From a bacterium (GTDB lineage: Bacteria > Calditrichota > Calditrichia > RBG-13-44-9): DNA of 64,000 bases. Shown one piece after another: positions 57,258 to 64,000 of this stretch. The notes under the pieces were generated by a model. It ran no database searches and was not told the DNA's origin. It saw only the letters and a program-made list of their open reading frames with translations. The stretch is from the NCBI GenBank assembly GCA_020350205.1, contig CP070707.1, positions 2,577,090-2,641,089 on the forward strand, in the 5' to 3' direction. A program made the position numbers and the translations under genes. How positions within the stretch are numbered: position 1 is the stretch's first letter; every line of letters starts with the position of its first letter.

Positions 57258-58133
57258 CTAAGAATCCAGCCGCTCGATAATTTGCTTTTTGTCCTCTTGA
57301 GATAGGTTGGATATTTCTGCCAGCCTTTTCCCCAGAAACTGGTAGGCTTTCCGGAGATTAGGGTGATGTTCATCCAGAAAGTGAAGATGGTGAAGAATCG
57401 TTTCCTTATCTCCCCGGCTGATCGGACCTGTAAGAGCATTTTTAATTCCGTTTTGGATCATATTATCAAGGGTCGAGAGGATCAAGGGTTTAAAGGTATT
57501 GATATTATGGCCCGAAAGGGGGGGGATGTTTTGTAGAATCTCCTGGCTCATGTCTGCCAGGACTGAGAAAAAATTGGCGTAAAATACACAGGCAATGTGG
57601 ACAGCCAGTTTTTGCATGTAGTCAACCTCAATTACCCGACTCATATCCAGACCCAAGCGGGTGGCAAGAGCATCGGAAATTCCGGGCGCTCCTTCCAGGG
57701 TAAACCATAACTGGTCCAGGCTAAGATTTTCATCCGGTTTACTAGAAAAGGAGTAAATGGGATGAAGGCTGGCTGTCATGGCTTCTTTTTTCTGGAGAGG
57801 TTGTAGCACGCTGGATGACGATGCTCCTGAAAGATGAATCACGATTTTATTTTTCCAGTTCTTTTTTAGCTCTGCCAATTTTCTGGCCTCTTCAGCAATA
57901 TCATCATCTCTAACGGCAATGATGATAATATCCGATTTGTCCAACATGTCCGGAGTAAGCTGTTTGTGTAAAAATGGCCAGTTGAATTTATTTCTGATAT
58001 ATTTCAATCGCGACGAAGATGTTTCCACAAGTGAGATTATGGGAAGATCGTTTATATAGAGATGATGGGCGAAGGATGCCCCGGCTCTGCCTCCGCCTAT
58101 AATAAGAATGGATGGTCTGTGCTCAGGATTCAT
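57258..58133 (-). CDS. Rossmann-like + DUF2520 domain protein (putative NAD(P)-dependent oxidoreductase)
   Basis: N-terminal ILIIGGGRAGASFAHHL dinucleotide-binding motif and a C-terminal DUF2520-like region. Confidence 0.65.
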   Translation of the reverse strand: MNPEHRPSILIIGGGRAGASFAHHLYINDLPIISLVETSSSRLKYIRNKFNWPFLHKQLTPDMLDKSDIIIIAVRDDDIAEEARKLAELKKNWKNKIVIHLSGASSSSVLQPLQKKEAMTASLHPIYSFSSKPDENLSLDQLWFTLEGAPGISDALATRLGLDMSRVIEVDYMQKLAVHIACVFYANFFSVLADMSQEILQNIPPLSGHNINTFKPLILSTLDNMIQNGIKNALTGPISRGDKETILHHLHFLDEHHPNLRKAYQFLGKRLAEISNLSQEDKKQIIERLDS

Positions 58134-58193
58134 TCAGTATTAATTGGACATGAAAATGTTGTAATCCCGGTTACACTGCGCGGGAGGAAAGGA

Positions 58194-59636
58194 TTACATA
58201 AATTCTTGTCGATTTAGTCTTTTATCTTTCGGGAAGTACCGGTTGTACACCAAATCAGAGAATTCAATGGCGATGCTCGAGTAGGGATTTATTCCCGTTT
58301 GATAAAACATCTCGTCTATTGCAGCCGAAGCCTTTTTCCAATTGGGGAGTTGATTGAGATAATTGATGAATTTTGCGTAACGCATATCATCTTTTTTAAA
58401 TATCTTTTTGACAAACTTCTTGCGGTTTTTGGAAGCAATCACATTGTTTATATCATCCAGATATTTGCCTTTAATCTTTTCAGAAACAACGTCTGCAAGC
58501 TGGTCTGCCGCTTTTCCTTCTTCCGTCTTCGTTGCAGGAGTTTCCGGTATCTCTGGCTCAGGCGCCTCTTCAAGCTCCTCAGGGGCAGCTTCCACTTCTT
58601 CTGATTCAGCTTCTACTTCCTCTATTAGACCTGCTTGCTGGTAGCTTTCGACAACCTTTTCCGTTTCCACTTCCTCCTCTTCTAACTCTTCTTCCTCTTC
58701 CTCATACTCTTCATCCTCAATCTCCTCGTCCTCTGTTATTTCCTCCAGGGGAGGAAACTCGGCGGTTGTTTCTACAGCAATATCTTCCACCATCACTTCA
58801 GGTTTTGCTGTCTCGATATCGGCAATTTCCTCTACCGATACCTCGGGTTCAGGCTTAAAAACAACTTCAGCGGGGATTTCAATCTGACCGGTGCGCAGTA
58901 GAATTTCTAAATTGGAAAAGGTTATATCCTGAACTCCCTTTTTTACTTCCGATTCAATCAAATTTTGATAATCCAGCAAGTTTCGATCTTCAAAGGCTTT
59001 CAACAGAATTTCAAGCGGAATCGTTTCGGAGGATTCCCTGCCTTCATTCAGAAAATTCACTATTGTTTTCATGGTCTGCAGTGTGGTGTTGAGCGGGTCT
59101 TTGGAAAATACCTGTTTATCAATACCGGAGATCAGTTCCTCAAACTGATTCTGGGAAATTTCCCGGAGGTACTTTAAATTGAAATAATCGGTTAAGGCGT
59201 CTTTATAATATTGAAACTTTTCAAAATATTTCAACATATCATAGACGTCCATGGTGGTAATCACGGGGCTGTTTTTGAATAGGAACTGGGTTAAAGTCTG
59301 GTGAGGTCTAAGGAGATAGTTTGCCTCCAATTTTATTGCCCGTTCCAGCAGCTGATTGAACTTGTTGACATGGAAAGTTGCGGTCTGTTTCAAAATATCA
59401 AAAATCTTATCGATTAAAACTCGAATTTCGGGAAGGTCATAATTGAAACGATCATTGGTACTGAAGCGATCGGCTTCTTCACGTAACCAGATTTCAACTT
59501 CCTGATCAAAAAAATGTTTGACCGAATCAGGAATATTACAGGTCATGAGATAATTTAAGGGTACATCGCTCATCTGAGGGCTTAGAACTTCTTTGGTTAT
59601 CTTTGCGATAATGTTGTCGATTACTTTTTCCAGCAT
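58194..59636 (-). CDS. Hypothetical highly acidic protein with an approximately 70-aa poly-Glu/Asp tract
   Basis: ORF of 480 aa. Central EEITEDEEIEDEEYEEEEEELEEEEVETE...EAESEEVEAAPEELEEAPEPE. Basic C-terminal segment (KNRKKFVKKIFKK). Confidence 0.5.
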   Translation of the reverse strand: MLEKVIDNIIAKITKEVLSPQMSDVPLNYLMTCNIPDSVKHFFDQEVEIWLREEADRFSTNDRFNYDLPEIRVLIDKIFDILKQTATFHVNKFNQLLERAIKLEANYLLRPHQTLTQFLFKNSPVITTMDVYDMLKYFEKFQYYKDALTDYFNLKYLREISQNQFEELISGIDKQVFSKDPLNTTLQTMKTIVNFLNEGRESSETIPLEILLKAFEDRNLLDYQNLIESEVKKGVQDITFSNLEILLRTGQIEIPAEVVFKPEPEVSVEEIADIETAKPEVMVEDIAVETTAEFPPLEEITEDEEIEDEEYEEEEEELEEEEVETEKVVESYQQAGLIEEVEAESEEVEAAPEELEEAPEPEIPETPATKTEEGKAADQLADVVSEKIKGKYLDDINNVIASKNRKKFVKKIFKKDDMRYAKFINYLNQLPNWKKASAAIDEMFYQTGINPYSSIAIEFSDLVYNRYFPKDKRLNRQEFM

Positions 59637-60022
59637 GAATATTCCCTTTTTTCATTGAATTTAAAAGTTAATATTAACCAATATCCTTTGCAAGTTTAAA
59701 ATCAGCTCGTGCAGGTAAACCGCACATTCTTCTTTTTCACACACCTTATGTTTTTTATTACCGGCCATTAATATCAGGAAACATTGCGCAAAATTTGTGA
59801 TGAATGAGGGATTTTATTCACAAAAAAATTTGCTTTCATGAAGGCAATAATCACAAAACGATGGCGGAATCTGCAAAATTTTATTTCAGTATGGATCAGA
59901 CATTATGCTAAGATAAATTTTTCATCTTCATGCACGTGTCATCAAAATATAGTCAATTATACTTTATAAAATTAGATTTACCTTGAAAAAAATCTGATCG
60001 ATGCGTATGTTGTGTTACAATT

Positions 60023-61894
60023 TTGAAAATGATAACACGCTGTTTAGATATGAAAATTATCCTGCCGTCTTTCGGGGTTTTATGTTTATTTATGGTTTCG
60101 CTGTATGCTGTGGGACCTTCCGAACCAGATACCTTTCAAACCTATCATTTGAAAGATTCAGTAGTTGTCATTGCCAACCGTTACCAACTTTCCTGGAAGG
60201 CGGTTGCCAATACCTCTGAAATTCTTCCGGTAAAGGAATACGATGGTGTTGCGGTTCACTCTGTTCTACAACTTACAGATATGATCTCTCCTCAGGTATA
60301 TGTAATGGAAAAGAAAATCCTGGGTTATGGTGTAGGACCAAATGGTGCCGGGAATGTCAGCATGAGAGGACTCGGCGGGAGGCCCAACACTGGTATATTG
60401 GTCCTCATCAATGGACGACCGGACTTTATGGCCATTTTTGGTCATCCTTTACCGGATGTATATGGAATGAATGATATTGAACATGTGGAGGTTATTAGAG
60501 GCCCTTCCTCCACCCTGTTTGGTTCCAATGCCATGGGGGGAGTTATAAATTTGGTTACTACCAAACCAGCTGCCCATAAAATTAAAGTTGGTCTCCAACT
60601 AGGAAGTTATCAGACTTCCACTCAAAACATTCTACTGGGTGCAGAAATCACAAAGACCAAAATGGAACTGAATGTTTCCCATCAAAATACAGGTGGACAT
60701 ATTGATTCAAGTAATTTCGAGGGTTGGAACCTGGGAGCAAAGGTGCATATGCCAGTCTCCAAAAACTGGCTGGTTTCTCTGGAAGGAAAGTATACGCCTT
60801 TTACCTTTAACGATCCTTTCATGGGAGCAGATCTTGCCGGGTTAGGAGTATACGGAAAAATACGCCGGGGTATGGTTGACCTGAGACTTGAAGGTAAAAC
60901 AACTAAGCTACAGAACTCCTTTCACCTGTATTCGAATTTGGGACATCACCGTTTTAATGATGGATTTGAATCACACGACTTCTCCTATGGATTTTCCTCT
61001 TACCAATATTTGACCGTCTCAAAAAAAACACAACTCAGTTTTGGTGCAGATGTGCTGCACTATGGGGGCAAGGCCTATAATGTTGTTCCGCCGGGATTAT
61101 TTCCCCGTCCGGATCTGCACCTGGTAAACTCTCTGGGTACTTACCTGGTCGGATTCTATTCCCCGGTCTCAGTGGTTAATCTTCAAGCAGGAATTCGTTA
61201 TCAGTATAGTTCCCTGAATATTCAACGAGTTTCACCTACGCTGGGACTGTCAGTCGTGCCTTTAGCAGCCCTGCGGTTATTTGCTAATTATAATGATGCA
61301 TTTCGCATCCCGACCCTGCAGGAATTATACCTTTTTCCAACTTCCAATTCAGAGCTGAATCCCGAAACCACCCGAAGTTATGAAACCGGCGTTTATGTCT
61401 ATTTTCAGGAGCATGATTTTGTAAAAATTTCACTTTTTCAGAATTATGTCCAGAATATTATTAACCTGGTGGGAATCCCTCCAAATCTCTCTTACCAGAA
61501 TAGTGGAAAGGCAAAACAATCCGGAGTTGAGTTACAGATAAATTATCTTTTTCGTAACAGGTTAGATATTCAGTTATCTCACAGCTATATCAATCCTGAC
61601 TATCTGATTGCTTATAATCCCAGGAATTTATTCAAATTTTGGCTGTCCTGGAATTACCGGAAATTAGCAATTTCTACTTTTGGGAAATATGTATCTGACC
61701 TGTATGCCAGTAATGATGAAGCGAGTCGGTTAAATGATTATTTTTTACTGAACGCTTCGGTGGTTTATCGCTATCGCACGTTGGCTTTCACTTTACAGTT
61801 TCGAAATGTATTGGATCGTCAATATGAAGTATTAATGAATTATCCTGCACCGGGTTTTCATTTCCTGGCCGGTATTGAATTGGTTATGCACTAA
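60023..61894 (+). CDS. TonB-dependent receptor (plug + 22-strand barrel). An alternative start is at 60050.
   Basis: Signal peptide. TonB-box-like DSVVVIA. Plug motifs (RGPSSTLFGSNAMGGVINLVT). Barrel with a terminal aromatic-rich segment. Confidence 0.8.
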   Translation: MKMITRCLDMKIILPSFGVLCLFMVSLYAVGPSEPDTFQTYHLKDSVVVIANRYQLSWKAVANTSEILPVKEYDGVAVHSVLQLTDMISPQVYVMEKKILGYGVGPNGAGNVSMRGLGGRPNTGILVLINGRPDFMAIFGHPLPDVYGMNDIEHVEVIRGPSSTLFGSNAMGGVINLVTTKPAAHKIKVGLQLGSYQTSTQNILLGAEITKTKMELNVSHQNTGGHIDSSNFEGWNLGAKVHMPVSKNWLVSLEGKYTPFTFNDPFMGADLAGLGVYGKIRRGMVDLRLEGKTTKLQNSFHLYSNLGHHRFNDGFESHDFSYGFSSYQYLTVSKKTQLSFGADVLHYGGKAYNVVPPGLFPRPDLHLVNSLGTYLVGFYSPVSVVNLQAGIRYQYSSLNIQRVSPTLGLSVVPLAALRLFANYNDAFRIPTLQELYLFPTSNSELNPETTRSYETGVYVYFQEHDFVKISLFQNYVQNIINLVGIPPNLSYQNSGKAKQSGVELQINYLFRNRLDIQLSHSYINPDYLIAYNPRNLFKFWLSWNYRKLAISTFGKYVSDLYASNDEASRLNDYFLLNASVVYRYRTLAFTLQFRNVLDRQYEVLMNYPAPGFHFLAGIELVMH

Positions 61895-61926
61895 GACTTC
61901 AATCGGAAAACGAAATGGGATAGCCT

Positions 61927-62472
61927 ATGGAAAGTGAGTCTGTCTATCGAAATATACCCCTATCGGCTCTCTTTGCGACTCTGGGAGTTTTATTTCCGCT
62001 GCTTTTTCATTTCATCGGTCTGGGAAGTATGTTTCTTCCCATGTTTCTGCCCTTAACGATGGCAGCCACTCTTCTTCCCCCTGCATTTGCTGTATCCATT
62101 GCGATTATAACCCCGCTTTGTTCATTATTTTTTACCGGTATGCCGCCACTTTATCCCCCAATACTCCTCATGGTTTTGGCTGAATTAGTTACGCTTTCGC
62201 TGATAACCTCCATCCTGTATGTTCGGAAAAAATGGTCAATTTGGATAACACTCTGTATCGCATGCTTGGCAGATCGTATAATTTTATATGGATTCATATT
62301 GTTTTTTGCCGAGATGCTGGATTTTCCCGAAAAATTTTATTCAATTACTGCTGTTTTTTATGGTATACCCGGAATTATTTTGATTTTTCTTGTCGTGGCG
62401 GCGACGCTTAAATTTTTGCAACGAAGTTATCCTGAGATTTTTTCATCAGTATACTCCCGGGAATCTGAATGA
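61927..62472 (+). CDS. Small polytopic membrane protein (5-6 TM), possibly an ECF-transporter S-component-like
   Basis: 181 aa, all-helical hydrophobic. 4-bp overlap with the downstream methyltransferase gene. Confidence 0.35.
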   Translation: MESESVYRNIPLSALFATLGVLFPLLFHFIGLGSMFLPMFLPLTMAATLLPPAFAVSIAIITPLCSLFFTGMPPLYPPILLMVLAELVTLSLITSILYVRKKWSIWITLCIACLADRIILYGFILFFAEMLDFPEKFYSITAVFYGIPGIILIFLVVAATLKFLQRSYPEIFSSVYSRESE

Positions 62473-63083
62473 AACAGAATCACCCACACCGCACATTTTT
62501 TAACAGCAGGGCCAATGAATGGGATTCACCGGGAGACACCGACAAATTAATCCGTCTCAAAAATATATTCCAGAAACTTGACTTGAATCCCCAGGGTAAT
62601 ATTCTGGACGCTGGTGCGGGGACAGGCATTTTAGTACCTGTAATTTATGAGGTGACACGAGATCCAGTCCATCTTATTGAACTGGATTTTTCTGAAGTGA
62701 TGCTGAAACGCAGTAAGCAAAAATATGAGGGAGATTTTCATTTAAATCTTCACTATATCAATGCCGATGCACAGAGACTACCCTTCTCCAATCAATCGTT
62801 TCAATGGATTATTGCATTTGCAGTATTACCCCATGTGTCGGATAAAAGAAAGGTGATTCAAGAGTGGTATCGGGTATTAGCGTCAAATGGAACATTGCTC
62901 ATCTTACATCTTATGGGAAGCAAAGAATTGAATCAATTTCATTCTGCAGTTGGAGGAGTGATTGCCCACGATCATTTGCCTGCTGTCTCAAGTTTTGCAG
63001 AAACCCTTCAACAGGATGGTTATCAGATAAATTTGGCAATTGACCAAAAAGACCTGTATCTGATCCATGCGGTAAAAGAATAA
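62469..63083 (+). CDS. Class I SAM-dependent methyltransferase (Methyltransf_11-like)
   Basis: Motif I ILDAGAGTGIL, motif post-I IELDFS, motif II/III around WIIAFAVLPHV. Confidence 0.8.
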   Translation: MKQNHPHRTFFNSRANEWDSPGDTDKLIRLKNIFQKLDLNPQGNILDAGAGTGILVPVIYEVTRDPVHLIELDFSEVMLKRSKQKYEGDFHLNLHYINADAQRLPFSNQSFQWIIAFAVLPHVSDKRKVIQEWYRVLASNGTLLILHLMGSKELNQFHSAVGGVIAHDHLPAVSSFAETLQQDGYQINLAIDQKDLYLIHAVKE

Positions 63084-63160
63084 CATCATTTTTATCATCC
63101 ATTACAGGGTCCTCATTTTTTATTTCCTTTTAGAGTCGGATACGTCTTAAATTCAACTTT

Positions 63161-64000
63161 ATGAATTTTTCAGAGTGTTATAATTTGAATAAACAATTTA
63201 CACATATTGTTGCAGTAATCGGTGCCGGGGTATCTGGATCTGAAGCCGCAAAACAATTAGCCGCCCGTGGTATCACAACCGTATTATTCGAGAAAAATAA
63301 GCTGCCTTACGGTAAAATTGAAGAAGGCTTACCCAAGTGGCATATCAAATTGAGGAATCAAGAAGAGCGAAAAATTGATGAGAAAATAAAGAATCCCCTG
63401 ATAACATTTGTTCCGGCTACCGCGATGGGTAAAGATTTTAGCTTGCGGGAAATTTTTGAATGGGGCTTCAGTGCGGTAATTCTAGCCATCGGTGCCGGCC
63501 AGGACCGTAGACTTAAAATACCAGGAATTGATTTTTTTCTGGGGAAAGGGTTTTATTATCAGAATGAACTGGTCTCCTGGTTTAACCATAAACATGAACC
63601 TGAATTTCAAGGGCCATTTTGTGAAATTGTTGATGGGGCTGTAGTCATTGGAGGGGGATTGGCATCTCTGGATGTGGCCAAAATCCTCATGCTTGAAACT
63701 GTTTCTCGGGCACTCTGGGAAAAAGACATCAAGGTTGACTTATTTACTCTGGAGCGTGAAGGATTTCCAATCGTTTTCAAAAAATATGGGTTGACACTTT
63801 CCGGCCTGGGGCTGAAGGGATGTCAGCTGTTTTATCGGCGCCGACTGATTGATATGCCCTTGGCTCCGATGCCAGAACATGCAGATAATCTCCGGATGGA
63901 AAAAGTCCACCAATTACGTGTTAGAATTCTTGATAATTTTCGACAGAAATACATGTTCAGGGTTGAGGAATGTCTCGATCCTGTAAAGATCTTATCCGAC
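63161..64000 (+). CDS. FAD/NAD(P)-binding oxidoreductase, N-terminal part (the 3' end lies outside the window)
   Basis: Open frame from the ATG at 63161 to the window end, not in the ORF track because it has no stop. Dinucleotide-binding motifs VAVIGAGVSGSEAA and VVIGGGLASLD. Confidence 0.6.
   Translation, partial: MNFSECYNLNKQFTHIVAVIGAGVSGSEAAKQLAARGITTVLFEKNKLPYGKIEEGLPKWHIKLRNQEERKIDEKIKNPLITFVPATAMGKDFSLREIFEWGFSAVILAIGAGQDRRLKIPGIDFFLGKGFYYQNELVSWFNHKHEPEFQGPFCEIVDGAVVIGGGLASLDVAKILMLETVSRALWEKDIKVDLFTLEREGFPIVFKKYGLTLSGLGLKGCQLFYRRRLIDMPLAPMPEHADNLRMEKVHQLRVRILDNFRQKYMFRVEECLDPVKILSD

Noticed and set aside
59637-60022. Possible cobalamin riboswitch upstream of the TonB-dependent receptor or near nrdJ
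   Set aside because: No B12-box (GCCACTG-like) and no conserved J-loop elements were visible by eye. Only an Rfam scan could confirm this, and it is mentioned only as a check under the TBDT finding.

Overview
This is a 64-kb, roughly 42% GC, densely coding chromosomal segment with about 50 CDS on both strands. I recognised no rRNA, tRNA, CRISPR array, transposase or integrase. The organism looks like a Gram-negative member of the FCB superphylum. Three secreted proteins carry type IX secretion (T9SS) C-terminal sorting domains, there is a PorV/PorQ-like barrel, and there are two TonB-dependent receptor-type outer-membrane proteins. Many genes nevertheless have clear Shine-Dalgarno sequences (AGGAGA, GGAGGA), which argues against Bacteroidia proper and for an Ignavibacteriota-, Calditrichota- or Marinimicrobia-like lineage; that lineage call is inference only. 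Housekeeping genes include partial 2-hydroxyacid dehydrogenase, LOG-family protein, yhbY, tatD, holA, mazG, nth, ligA, pdxJ, nnr, a class II B12-dependent nrdJ, an NSS transporter with a tiny MetS-like partner, and OPT and DMT transporters. The accessory and regulatory modules worth a second look are listed below.
1. A minus-strand operon of M20 peptidase, YfcC-type transporter, RpiR regulator and lipoprotein cyanophycinase, flanked by ATATGAAA-based palindromic and direct-repeat operator-like motifs. This is a candidate extracellular cyanophycin or beta-Asp-Arg scavenging system in which an M20 enzyme would stand in for the isoaspartyl dipeptidase.
2. A T9SS cargo neighbourhood: a CTD protein, a CarboxypepD_reg TonB-dependent receptor-like OMP, a 933-aa CTD-like protein and a PorV/PorQ-like barrel.
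3. A 1356-aa gingipain-like C25 peptidase with a T9SS CTD.
4. Two ECF sigma modules. One has a textbook GGAAC-N16-CGTT promoter, a zf-HC2 anti-sigma and a membrane GAF-GAF-degenerate-GGDEF protein. The other is paired with a DUF4097-like beta-repeat protein.
5. A mazG-histidine kinase-sigma54 regulator operon followed by a pseudo-receiver that lacks the phospho-Asp.
6. Two tandem paralogous lipoproteins co-transcribed with pdxJ-nnr.
7. A poly-glutamate acidic protein upstream of DUF2520-nrdJ.
8. A ligA-THEP1 NTPase-nth operon.
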